50,111 nucleotides of DNA from Azolla caroliniana (Eukaryota; Plantae; Polypodiophyta). The position numbers and the translations under genes were made by a program. The stretch is from assembly GCA_043228905.1 (NCBI GenBank), contig JBHGNT010000222.1:1-50111 (forward strand), in the 5' to 3' direction. Under the pieces are notes generated by a model. The model did not search any database. It was not told the DNA's origin and saw only the letters and a list, made by a program, of their open reading frames with translations. The stretch's first letter is position 1; each line of letters starts with the position of its first letter. This document shows, one piece after another, positions 9,917-21,186 of the stretch.

Positions 9917-12900
9917 ATGGATGAATCGTTTGGCGGCATGTTCAAGCTCACCGGCTCCAACTATTCGGTGTGGAAGTCGAAGATGAGGGACATGCTCGTG
10001 GTTAAAGATCTCTGGTTGCCGGTTCAGTTCGGGGACAAGAGACCAGACAAAATCGACGCCGTGATATGGGAGGTGATGCACATGAAGACAACGGCGTACA
10101 TACGGTGCTTCATCGACACGAGCATGTACAACAACTTCAATGAAGAGAGCAAGGCTCATGAGCTTTGGGAGAAGATCGGCATAATGTTTCAAAACAAAAA
10201 TGCTGTTAATCAGGTTTCGGTATTTCGGAAGCTGGTAAGACTCCGGTACCAAGATGGCTCTAGCATGGCGGAGCACATGAATGCCTTCCAGGGGCTGATC
10301 CACCAGGCAACTTCATTGGAAGTACCTCTCGCTGATGAGGTACTTGCGCTACTCCTGCTCGATTTCCTCCCGGACAGCTAGGAGACGTTGGTTGTCACTT
10401 TGGGCAACGCCGGGCCGGAAGGAAAGCGGTTATCTCTAGCAAGAGTAAAGTCGAGCTTGCTAGATGAGGAGGCGTGTCGGAAAGACAAAGATACGAGCTT
10501 CGACTCCAAAGCGCTCCTTACCGAATCGGAACGCGGAAGACAAAGGAACCGTAGCCCCCAGAACCGGGAAAAGTTGGGGACGCGGTCAAAGTCACGGGGA
10601 AGACCCACTTGCTTCTATTGCGGCAAGCCGGGACACTTCCAGAAGAACTGTCGGCATTTCCGAAAGGATAAGGAGACCGACGGTACCGATTCGAAGCGGA
10701 CCCCGGACCGGAACGGTAAAGACCGGAGGGGGCCAGACCGGAAGGGAACGACGACAATCGCGGCAAGTGAAGAAGAGTTGATGCTCATCACCGAGGAGTG
10801 TGAGATAAACCTTGCCGGCGACAAGATGACCTGGGTGGTAGACTCCGGAGCGTCGTTCCACCTTACCCCGGACCGGAAATGCTTCTCATCCTACTCAGCC
10901 GGTGATCACGGCTGTGTCTGGATGGGGAATGAAGGTACATGCCGAATTGTCGGCATAGGAGACGTGTGGCTGACAACACCAACCGGATGCAAGTTTCTCC
11001 TGAAGGATGTCCGACACGTTCCAGAGGTTCGTCTGAACCTGATATCAGTCGGTCGGCTAGATTATGAAGGCTACATGGGTAGCATTCGGAATGGTGTCAT
11101 GAAGTTCAACAAAGGGAGCTTGATTGTGGCTCGGGCCCCGGAAGGTCAACACACTGTACATGATGAATGCCCTGTTATGTCCGGAAGAAGTGAACGTTGC
11201 ATCCGACACTGCCAGTGAGCTGTGGCACAAGAGGCTGTGTCATATGAGCGAGAAGGGGATGAAGAGGCTTGCAGATGACAACCTCATTCCAGTGAAGAAC
11301 GTGCACTTGGAGAAGTGCACTGATTGTCTGGCTGGTAAGCAAAACCGGACCTCCTTCCGACTAAGGCCACCGATGAGACGTAATGCACCACTGGAGTTGG
11401 TGCATACGGATGTGTGTCAGGTAGACACAAAGTCACATGCCGGAGCGCAGTACTTCGTGACATTCATAGATGACCACAACCGGAAGCTGTGGGCCACACC
11501 GTTGAAGACGAAGGATCAGGTGCTATCCGTCTTCAAAGAGCTCCACGCGAGAGTGGAAAGAGAAACCGACCAGAAGCTGAAGGCGGTTCGAGCAGATAAC
11601 GGAGGAGAATACCAGGGGCAGTTCGAGGAGTACTGCCGCTCGAAGGGAATCCGGCTCGAATTTACCGTGCCGAAGACGCCGGAACTAAACGGACTGGCCG
11701 AGAGGATGAACCGGACCATAATGGAGAGGGTCCGGAGTGTGCTAGCGCATGCAAAACTACCCAAGAAGTTTTGGGCTGAGGCATTGTCGACGGCGACATA
11801 TGTGATAAATAGATCACCCTTAGTACCCTTGGACGGAGACACGCCATAGAGAGTGTGGACCGGTAAGGAAGTATCCTACCGGCATCTGAAGGTGTTCGGG
11901 TGTCTCGTGTACGTGCATGTAGCTAAGGATTGGAGAGGAAAATTAGATCCAAAGACCCGACCATGCATATTCCTCGGTTACGGTGACGATGAGTTTGGCT
12001 ACCGAGTGTGGGACCTGGTCGACAAGAAGGTATTCCGGAGTCGAGATATTATCTTCATGGAGGACAAGATGCTCGCCGACTGGGAGTCAGAAAAGAAGAT
12101 AATGAACTCCGAGTTGACCGGTAAGGATCGACTCTACGATGAGCAGACCCAACCGGCAAGAGACCGGTTAGCACTCGAGGGACCAGCCGGTTACGGTGAG
12201 GATACCAAACAGGCTGAAGAAGAAGTAGAGGAAGCTGAAACCGGAACCGGCCAAGACCTCGAATCGGATTCGGATGAAGAGCATATGGAGGAGCCGGTTA
12301 CCGAAGCCCGAAGACGGAGATATCCTCTCAGAGAGAGAAGGGCGCCCCAGAGATTTCCGGATGCAGAGCATGTTTTGCTGACCGATGAGGGGGAGCCGGA
12401 AAGCTTCGAAGAAGCGAAGGATGACACCCACAGCCGCAAATGGTTAAGTGCCATGCAGGATGAGATGGATTCCCTGCATGAGAACCATACGTACGAAATG
12501 GTGGAGTTGCCGAAAGGAAAGCGGGCACTCCGAAACAAGTGGGTGTACAAGTTGAAACCGGGAGATGCCGGCAACCCCCCGAGATACAAAGCTAGGATCG
12601 TGGTGAAGGGGTTCTAGTAGAAAAAGGGCGTGGACTTTGACGAGATATTTGCCCCGGTAGTAAAGATGACCTCCATCCGGACGGTGCTGAGTATAGCGGC
12701 AAGCATGGACCTTGAGGTAGAACAGCTGGACGTGAAGACGACATTCCTTCATGGCGACCTCGAAGAGGAGATCTACATGCAGCAACCGGAAGGATTCGTG
12801 GAGAAAGGGAAGGAGCACCTGGTATGCCGGTTGAAGAAGAGCCTCTACGGGTTGAAGCAGACCCCCCGACAATGGTACCAGAAGTTCGACTCCTTCATGA

Positions 12901-13243
12901 CTGATCAAGGGTACCACAAGACGCAGGCCGATCATTGCGTGTTTGTGAAGAAGTTCGAAGGAGGCGACTTCCTGATACTCCTTCTGTACGTAGACGACAT
13001 GTTGATCGTCGGACGGGACGAAGCCAAAATACGGATGCTGAAGAAGGCTCTCAACCGGACCTTCTCAATGAAAGACTCGGGTTTGGCAAGGTAGATGCTG
13101 GGGATGCATATTATCCGGAACCGGTCAGTGAAGCAATTATGGCTGTCACAGGAGAAGTACGTGACAAAGGTGCTTCACCGGTTCAACATGTCGGATGCGA
13201 AACCGGTCGGATCGACACTTCCGGTAAACTGCAGGTTATCCGG
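9917..13243 (+). pseudogene. Copia-C gag-pol, part 1 (Gag, PR, INT, RT)
   Basis: ATG at 9917; motifs CFYCGKPGHFQKNC, WVVDSGAS, HKRLCH, ADNGGEY and YVDD. Stops at 10379, 11847, 12615-12620 and 13092, and a frameshift near 11140. Confidence 0.95.
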
Positions 13244-14346
13244 TGTCGTGAAGTACGAAAGCTTCACATTAAAAGTTTACAATAAGATAAATACGTAATG
13301 AAAATAACATTTGATAATGTTTTATATATAAAGATAATATTAACAACACATATGATAATATTATATATATGTAAAGAAAAATAATATATATATATAGATA
13401 AATATATTATATTACACGAATAAGAGAGGACTTGAACCAATAACCCCACCCTATGACTCTCAAATCTTACCATTTACTCTATACTAGTAATATACATAAA
13501 ATAAAGCATACTTTATATATACTTTATATTACATAAAGGATTTGCTTCATGATATAAGAATAAAGTTGTATGTTGTATTCAATAGTATTTTGAGATTCGA
13601 ACCCACAACCTCATATACCAAAGTCGACACACCTACCATTAGGCTAGGCCCTTTCTCTTTAAGATTATGTTTTCATGTTTATTGTTATTGCATATATTGT
13701 TTCATACATAAAAGCTCAAATGAGCGAGATGTTTATCATGCATCACATGTAATGCATGAATGCCAAATGGCGATCATGCATCACATGCATTTCATGCACT
13801 ACATGCATGATTTGTACCCTCCAATGCATCATATGCATGGGGGCACCTATTTAAATGGTGAAAGAGAAGATCAAAGGGAGAGATGTATGAGATATCAATC
13901 AAATTATGTATTACATAAGAGATACCATAAAATAGAGAAAGAAAGGAAGAAGTTCAAGAGAAAGGTGGAGCTCTAGCTTGGCGGTCGTGGTGGTCAACTC
14001 TCAACAAGAGGGAGGCGGTTCGAGCCTTATCTTCATCAAAATATTGAAGTGAAGATTGTAGTGGTCTACGATCAAGAAAGAGAAGAGCGATTACCTTGCA
14101 AGACAAAGTTCGGAGGTTCAACGACGTGAACAACCACTTTTGTAACTCTTTCATCAAATAATTATAAATCTCTTTTATTGCTTCAAATATCATTCTATAT
14201 CCTATCTTGTCATATCTTGTTGATCACTATTTATCTATCTCTACTCTTTCGTCTCTTCCGTCCATAATCCCAGTGATTCCTTCCTCACTTTCACGATATC
14301 TTTTGTCTACGCAACGCTACGCTTCTAGGTGAGCCACGCCACGACA
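13244..14346 (+). repeat. G2 5' LTR
   Basis: Direct repeat of 20080-21182 (offset 6836); TATTTAAA at 13848. Confidence 0.98.
13428..13646 (-). promoter_or_regulatory. Two tRNA-like Pol III type-2 promoter cassettes in G2 LTR (duplicated at 20264-20482)
   Basis: Minus strand: A box TAGCCTAATGG + 32 nt + B box GGTTCGAATCT; A box TAGAGTAAATGG + 31 nt + B box GGTTCAAGTCC. Confidence 0.65.
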
Positions 14347-14351
14347 CAATT

Positions 14352-14369
14352 TGGTGAACCCGACGTGAA
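14352..14369 (+). promoter_or_regulatory. Primer binding site, tRNA-Trp (G2)
   Basis: TGGTGAACCCGACGTGAA is complementary to the plant tRNA-Trp 3' end (TTCACGTCGGGTTCACCA); it lies 5 nt after the LTR. Confidence 0.88.
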
Positions 14370-14413
14370 ACGGGGAAGTAGAAGAGACATCTAAAGTAAA
14401 GATCAACATCAAC

Positions 14414-16588
14414 ATGGCAAGTACGAGTACAATGGATCCGGTAATGTTGTTTATTGAAAAGTTGAATCAAGATCGATTATTTCATGCCTTATGAGAAGTC
14501 CGAGAGAAGATTGGTATGTTTGATGGCACAAATATTTCGAAGTATGTGAATATATATTATGATGAAATGGAAATGTTTGGTATAAATGATGTCAATATGA
14601 TAGCAAACTTTTATAAATTAGTGGACATGGAATTAAGAGATAGAATTCATGAAATACAAGCATTGCATAGTTTGGATTGGAATGCATTCAAAGAAGCACT
14701 TGTGTCTGAATAAGCTCGTGAGGATTTCTCTCGAGTTACTATGCGTTCATTTCATGAATGGATCTTAAAAGAAGATAAAGGGTTATCTGTGTCTGACACA
14801 AAAAAAGAGTTTGATAGGATGTATGGACACCTAAAGCCAGAAGAAAGAAATTCTTTGTCTTGGCAAAAGGTTGCTTTATTTTTGCAGGCAGTTGACAAGA
14901 GATATAGAAAAGAATTGGAATTCATGCTTGAAGTACCAAATACTGAGGATGGTATAACTGCAGATTGGAATGAGGTAACAAATGCTTGTAATAAATTTAT
15001 GAAAAGAATGCAAAGGAATGGTGCAATGCTACAAATACCACATGTGGGAATCACAAATCGGCTTGAGCAAAACATCGAAGTTCAAAGACTTGGTCGAGAA
15101 CCATCACACGAAATGGTCCATCAACCACGAGAAATGATCGAAACTAAGAGTGAGTCTTTGCTTGATGATTTAGTTCAAAGTATGAAAGATCTAACAATTA
15201 AAGTGGCAAAGCTTGAGAATGGTCAGACTTCGAGGTCAAGGGAACCATTTCGACCTCGATGCATGTGGTGTGATAGCCTCGAACATCGTCTACGTGATTG
15301 TGAAGAATATAAAGACATGGAAAATCGGGACTTGGTCTATTGGAAAAATGGTAACATTTACTTAACTGAAACTAGAACTCCGCTTACAAAGAACTTTGGT
15401 GATGGTGGTGTTAAGGTTAAATTTGAAGAAGCTGAAGCAAAGAAGGCTTCCGCAATGTATTACTCGGCAACGACAGGAATGCGCCTCGATGACATGCCAT
15501 CCCGATCATCATTCTGGGAGAAGGTTGTAAGTACCGCACAAAAGCAAAAGATGAAGATGGAAGACCTTCGTGTTGCCGGAGATTCTGTAAGGAAAAACAC
15601 TGGATGGGATGTTCCAGTAGATGCTATGACGGTCTATGCTCAGATGGCAGAACACCAAGAGCATGAGGTGATAGTGGAAGAAAAAAGGAAAAGATCGGAT
15701 GATGAGATTGGCTCAACCAAAAAGCATGAAACAAGAGAAAGCAAAAGAAAAGAGATGGACGCAAAAGTTGAAAAAGGTAAATCTGGTCCTTCATTCAAAT
15801 TAATGTCTGATATTGAAAAGGATACAGATTTAAAGAAAGTTTTAGAAACAAGAATACTAGACAGTCGAGTAGAATTTACACTAAGAGAAGTGTTAGGTAT
15901 TGCAAAAAAGGAATTTCATGATGAAAAAATTGATATTGTGCGAAGAAAGAAGCAAGTAAATGAGCAGGTTAAAGAGACAAATCCGAAGGTGGCATATGAA
16001 GTGGTGAGCAACGAGTCAAACAATATCGTTGTTGACTCTCAACATGCATCAACCTCAATGATAAATTCAACAGATGTAAGAAGCCATTACTCTCGCAAAT
16101 GTTGGGCAAGAGCCACTACTGAGACTCATGTGAAGATTGGAAATGTTCCAGACCCCGTGATGGCACTTATTGATCATGGTTCTGAAATAAATATAATGAG
16201 TGCTGATTTTTACAGGAAAGGTAGATGGCCAATTGATACTCAACATGGTTGGCGAGTAAAAGCTGCCACATCAGTCACGGAAGATTTATTTGGTGCATGC
16301 CCAAATGTAAAGGTTACTATTGGTGATATAGAGGTAGATCAACATTTCTTTGTGCAGGAAGGATCTACCTATCCAATAATCCTGGGGCAACCATACATTA
16401 CAGCGGTACGAATGGAGACCAAAGTCCTCGACAATGGTTCTGCCTATGCAAAAATCCGTAGCCAAGATGGACGACGAATTGTACAATTTATGACAGTTCG
16501 CCCAAATCATGAGAGGAACAAGCAAGAGCTTCGTGATCACTCAATACCAAAAGACTATGATGATTTTGATAATCAGGTTTTTGACTAG
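14414..16588 (+). pseudogene. G2 gag-protease ORF with two premature stops
   Basis: ATG at 14414, TGA at 14492, TAA at 14711, all in one frame. CCHC knuckle CMWCDSLEHRLRDC; protease ALIDHGSEINIM...ILGQPY. Confidence 0.9.
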
Positions 16589-19500
16589 GACTGTTGCGAG
16601 TGAGGGTTGCAATAGTCCCATTATTAAAAGACCCTCATATAGGGCATTACAACATATGAATAAGTCATTTCATGTTTCTGAAAGTGGTGCTATATGTGTG
16701 ACTAGGATGTATGAATGCAAGAGGAACTTGAAAAAGAATGCTAATCTGTTTCAGCAGGCATTGAAGGATAATGGAGTACTTGAAATGGAAGAGCAGATTG
16801 AAAGTGTTATGGAAGAAATTTCTTTTGCAAATACTTTAGAAGAGTTAGAAATGTATTTGAAAGAAGATGATGAGAATGTTAGAAAGATACATGTAAACTC
16901 AATTGATATGTATTATGAGATTGATAGGTATAATTGTAAATATGAAGAAGTAGAAAGTTTATGTAATACAAAATACAAAACAATAGATAAAAAGGTCAAA
17001 CCTGCTGCAGTACCATTACCTATTGGTAGTGAAGAGAAGATGGAGGCAGCAGCAACCGAGCCTATGCTTCGACCAATAGAGAAGATCGGACATCACTTCA
17101 CTTCGGAGACAATAAATAACTTGAGAATCGGAAGGGGTGAATTTCTTCTGCAATCAGAGATCGTGACTTTCAAAGAAATGATCTTTAGGCATGGAAAAGC
17201 GTTCGCATTCAAAGCTGAGGAGATTGGTTGTGTAAATCCAAAGGTGGTGACGCCAATGGTAATATTTACTATCCCTCATATTCCTTGGAATTTTAAACCT
17301 ATTGCAGTACCGAGAGCTCGATTACCTCAATTGTTGGAGTTGTTGAAGGATAAAGTCAAGATGAAGATTTTAGAGCCTTCAAATGCACCATACTCCAATA
17401 GATGGTTCACAGTTCCAAAGAAAGATGGTTCTCTAAGATTCATTCAAGATCTACAACCAGTCAACAAAGTCACAATCCGAAATGCGGGAATCGGACCGAT
17501 CGTTGATGAATTTGCGGAAGCGTTTGCTGGAAGAGCGATTTACTCTATGGGAGACCTATATTCAGGATACGACCAATTTCAACTAGCAATTGATAGTCGC
17601 AACATCACAACAATGAAAACACCAATTGGGTTGGTTCGAATGTGCACTCTACCTCAAGGTGCGACGAATTCAGTTGCTCATATGATGAATGCAATGAACA
17701 AAGTTCTACATGAATACATCCCAAAGGTAACTATGCCATTTTTAGATGATATTCCTATTAAGGGATGCTTAGAAAGAGAGAAAGATGAGACTATGGTTGG
17801 AAATGGTTGTAGAAAGTTTGTGATGGACCACATTAATGACTGTGAAAGTATTTTAAATAAGCTTGAGCAGGTACATTTGACACTATCAGGAACAAAGTCT
17901 TGCTTTGGGCAAAACGAAGTTCTAATAGTTGGTCATATGTGTGGGTGGTATGGGAGGAAGCCTTCACCGATCAAAATTAACGCAATACAAAATATGAAGG
18001 AAGTTTGCGACTCGGTAACAGAGGTGAGAAGATTTTTGGGTGCTTGTGTGTTTTATCATATTTGGTTACCACACTTTGCACATGTCTCAGATCCTCTCTA
18101 CCAACTTTTAAGAAAAGGAAAGAAGTTTATTTGGACTGATGAACATACACAAGTTGTTCAACAGCTGAAAGAAGCATTATTGAAAGCACCAGTTCTTCGT
18201 CAACCAGACTACAAAGGTGAAAGACCAATTATAGTAACAGTTGATACTAGCCCAATCGGGATCGGTTGGGTTATCAACCAAGAAGATGAAGACCAACATC
18301 GATATGCTATCAGATTTGGAGCAAAGATATTAAATGAAAGACAAAGAAACTATGCACAAGTTAAACGAGAATTGTGGGGTTTGCTTACTGCATTAAAAAC
18401 AGATAGAGATTACTTGATTGGAGCAGATGTAGTGGTTGAAACAGATTGTTTGCCACTCATTGGAATGATAGCAAGTTGCACGACACCAGATATTGCAATG
18501 CTTCGGTGGATTGCATACATCAGAACCATGAACCCAGAATTGCGGCATATAAAGGGAAAAGACAACCCAGTTGCAGATATGCTGTCAAGGGCAAGGTTCA
18601 TAAATGAAAAGGTGATGCAAACTGAAGATAAGAACTGGGCAACTACAAGCCATCAATTTGCTCATCAAGAATCTATTACGCCTCATGATGAGTTTAATGT
18701 AAGTATAATGTTCAAAGACACAGAGTATGAAGGTCAATGGTTAGAAATAGGAAATTTTCTAAAGACTCAAGAAGCCAACCCATCATGGTCGAAGAAACAA
18801 TTAAATGAATTTCGAAGACGAGCATTCAAGTTTTTTTTACATGAAGGGCATTTATGGAGGCATCCAAAAAGGCCAACCGAAAATCCTCTTCGAGTCATTT
18901 GTAAGGATGACATTAAGAGAAAATTAATTAATGAATTCCATGATAGTTTGTGGGCAGGACATAGAGGCATATGGGCAACATTTATGAAGTTGAAAGAAAA
19001 GTATTGGTGGCCACATATGTATAAAGATGTAACGAAATTTGTGGAAACCTGTGAGGTTTGCCAGAGGTATTCAACTATCCGGTATCGAGATGAGCTAAAA
19101 CCAACATATTCATCATCAATGCATTATAAATGGATGGTTGATCTAGTGACAATGCCACTTGGGGAAGGTCAAATGCGATATTTAGTACTAGCAAGAGAAG
19201 ACCTTACAAACCAAGTAGAAGGAAGACCACTACGACAAAAAACAACTAGAGCTGTATGTAAATTTTTGTTAGAAGATGTAATATGTCGTTACGGGTGTGT
19301 TGGTAAAATAATTGCAGATAGAGGAGAACTCGACTCTGATGAAGCTAGAGAATTCTTCAGCCGAATAGGGGTCAAATTATCACTTACAACTGCGTATAAT
19401 CCAGAAGCCAATGGAAAGATTGAAAGAGGACATAGCCCAATAGTTAAGGCGATCGTGAAAAGCTGTAAAGGTAAAATAAGAGATTGGCCACGCATGCTAC

Positions 19501-20039
19501 CTTATGCACTATGGGCAGATCGAACAACTCATAGTTCAGTAACAGGATACATGCCAGCTGAATTGATACTTGGTCAAAAGCCCATCATGCCGATAGAAGA
19601 ATCAATTATGTCATGGATATCTATTCCATGGAGAGAAGAGGTGAGCAGAGAAGAATTACTTGCATTGCGAATTCAACAATTAGAGCGTCGACCTGAAGAT
19701 ATAGAAATCGCAGCCCAACGATTGAAGGAGGCTCGACTAAAGAATAAAATCCGTTTTGATAAAACTCATAGAATTCGACCTAAGAAAATAGAAGAAGGAG
19801 ATTGGGTGCTCGTGTATGATAGCAGTTTAGATAATCAACATAGCACCGTCCGCAAGTTTGCTGAAAGATGGTTTGGGCCTTATATAGTAAGAAAAGTATA
19901 TGATAACTTTACTTATAAGCTTAGTGAATTGGATGGGACACTAATCCTAAACGTGGTAGCTGGAAAGAGGATAAAAGTATTTAAGAAAAGGTTTGAGCTT
20001 GAACCTCCTCCAATAGATCAACATGAAGATGAAAGATAG
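16509..20039 (+). CDS. G2 Pol (RT - RNase H - integrase), intact 1176-codon ORF; real entry is probably by frameshift near 16576-16582
   Basis: DLYSGYDQF, LPQGATNS, FLDD; RNase H VDTS..ETDC; HHCC zinc finger (HDSLWAGH..CEVC); DDE core; WFGPY; no chromodomain. Confidence 0.95.
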   Translation: MRGTSKSFVITQYQKTMMILIIRFLTRTVASEGCNSPIIKRPSYRALQHMNKSFHVSESGAICVTRMYECKRNLKKNANLFQQALKDNGVLEMEEQIESVMEEISFANTLEELEMYLKEDDENVRKIHVNSIDMYYEIDRYNCKYEEVESLCNTKYKTIDKKVKPAAVPLPIGSEEKMEAAATEPMLRPIEKIGHHFTSETINNLRIGRGEFLLQSEIVTFKEMIFRHGKAFAFKAEEIGCVNPKVVTPMVIFTIPHIPWNFKPIAVPRARLPQLLELLKDKVKMKILEPSNAPYSNRWFTVPKKDGSLRFIQDLQPVNKVTIRNAGIGPIVDEFAEAFAGRAIYSMGDLYSGYDQFQLAIDSRNITTMKTPIGLVRMCTLPQGATNSVAHMMNAMNKVLHEYIPKVTMPFLDDIPIKGCLEREKDETMVGNGCRKFVMDHINDCESILNKLEQVHLTLSGTKSCFGQNEVLIVGHMCGWYGRKPSPIKINAIQNMKEVCDSVTEVRRFLGACVFYHIWLPHFAHVSDPLYQLLRKGKKFIWTDEHTQVVQQLKEALLKAPVLRQPDYKGERPIIVTVDTSPIGIGWVINQEDEDQHRYAIRFGAKILNERQRNYAQVKRELWGLLTALKTDRDYLIGADVVVETDCLPLIGMIASCTTPDIAMLRWIAYIRTMNPELRHIKGKDNPVADMLSRARFINEKVMQTEDKNWATTSHQFAHQESITPHDEFNVSIMFKDTEYEGQWLEIGNFLKTQEANPSWSKKQLNEFRRRAFKFFLHEGHLWRHPKRPTENPLRVICKDDIKRKLINEFHDSLWAGHRGIWATFMKLKEKYWWPHMYKDVTKFVETCEVCQRYSTIRYRDELKPTYSSSMHYKWMVDLVTMPLGEGQMRYLVLAREDLTNQVEGRPLRQKTTRAVCKFLLEDVICRYGCVGKIIADRGELDSDEAREFFSRIGVKLSLTTAYNPEANGKIERGHSPIVKAIVKSCKGKIRDWPRMLPYALWADRTTHSSVTGYMPAELILGQKPIMPIEESIMSWISIPWREEVSREELLALRIQQLERRPEDIEIAAQRLKEARLKNKIRFDKTHRIRPKKIEEGDWVLVYDSSLDNQHSTVRKFAERWFGPYIVRKVYDNFTYKLSELDGTLILNVVAGKRIKVFKKRFELEPPPIDQHEDER

Positions 20040-20067
20040 TGGCACATGCCGGAGGATGTGCAGGTCT

Positions 20068-20079
20068 AGAGGGGGTGGA
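20068..20079 (+). promoter_or_regulatory. Polypurine tract (G2)
   Basis: AGAGGGGGTGGA abutting the 3' LTR. Confidence 0.9.
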
Positions 20080-21182
20080 TGTCGTGAAGTACGAAAGCTT
20101 CACATTAAAAGTTTACAATAAGATAAATACGTAATGAAAATAACATTTGATAATGTTTTATATATAAAGATAATATTAACAACACATATGATAATATTAT
20201 ATATATGTAAAGAAAAATAATATATATATATAGATAAATATATTATATTACACGAATAAGAGAGGACTTGAACCAATAACCCCACCCTATGACTCTCAAA
20301 TCTTACCATTTACTCTATACTAGTAATATACATAAAATAAAGCATACTTTATATATACTTTATATTACATAAAGGATTTGCTTCATGATATAAGAATAAA
20401 GTTGTATGTTGTATTCAATAGTATTTTGAGATTCGAACCCACAACCTCATATACCAAAGTCGACACACCTACCATTAGGCTAGGCCCTTTCTCTTTAAGA
20501 TTATGTTTTCATGTTTATTGTTATTGCATATATTGTTTCATACATAAAAGCTCAAATGAGCGAGATGTTTATCATGCATCACATGTAATGCATGAATGCC
20601 AAATGGCGATCATGCATCACATGCATTTCATGCACTACATGCATGATTTGTACCCTCCAATGCATCATATGCATGGGGGCACCTATTTAAATGGTGAAAG
20701 AGAAGATCAAAGGGAGAGATGTATGAGATATCAATCAAATTATGTATTACATAAGAGATACCATAAAATAGAGAAAGAAAGGAAGAAGTTCAAGAGAAAG
20801 GTGGAGCTCTAGCTTGGCGGTCGTGGTGGTCAACTCTCAACAAGAGGGAGGCGGTTCGAGCCTTATCTTCATCAAAATATTGAAGTGAAGATTGTAGTGG
20901 TCTACGATCAAGAAAGAGAAGAGCGATTACCTTGCAAGACAAAGTTCGGAGGTTCAACGACGTGAACAACCACTTTTGTAACTCTTTCATCAAATAATTA
21001 TAAATCTCTTTTATTGCTTCAAATATCATTCTATATCCTATCTTGTCATATCTTGTTGATCACTATTTATCTATCTCTACTCTTTCGTCTCTTCCGTCCA
21101 TAATCCCAGTGATTCCTTCCTCACTTTCACGATATCTTTTGTCTACGCAACGCTACGCTTCTAGGCGAGCCACGCCACGACA
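20080..21182 (+). repeat. G2 3' LTR
   Basis: Copy of 13244-14346; C at 21166 versus T at 14330. Confidence 0.98.
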
Positions 21183-21186
21183 CCGG

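Larger units (their letters stand above)
13244..21182 (+). mobile_element. Young full-length non-chromovirus Ty3/Gypsy element G2
   Basis: 1103-bp LTRs TGTCGTG...CACGACA with only one mismatch noticed. 4-bp TSD CCGG (13240-13243/21183-21186); removal restores Copia RLSG-KQSP. Confidence 0.98.

Noticed and set aside
13542-13976. His/Met-rich 144-aa ORF duplicated at 20378-20812
   Set aside because: Lies in the LTR, starts with TTG, and its composition is a by-product of CATG repeats.
20080-21182. 1.1-kb near-exact duplication as an assembly artefact
   Set aside because: PBS, PPT, TG..CA ends and TSD define a genuine LTR pair.
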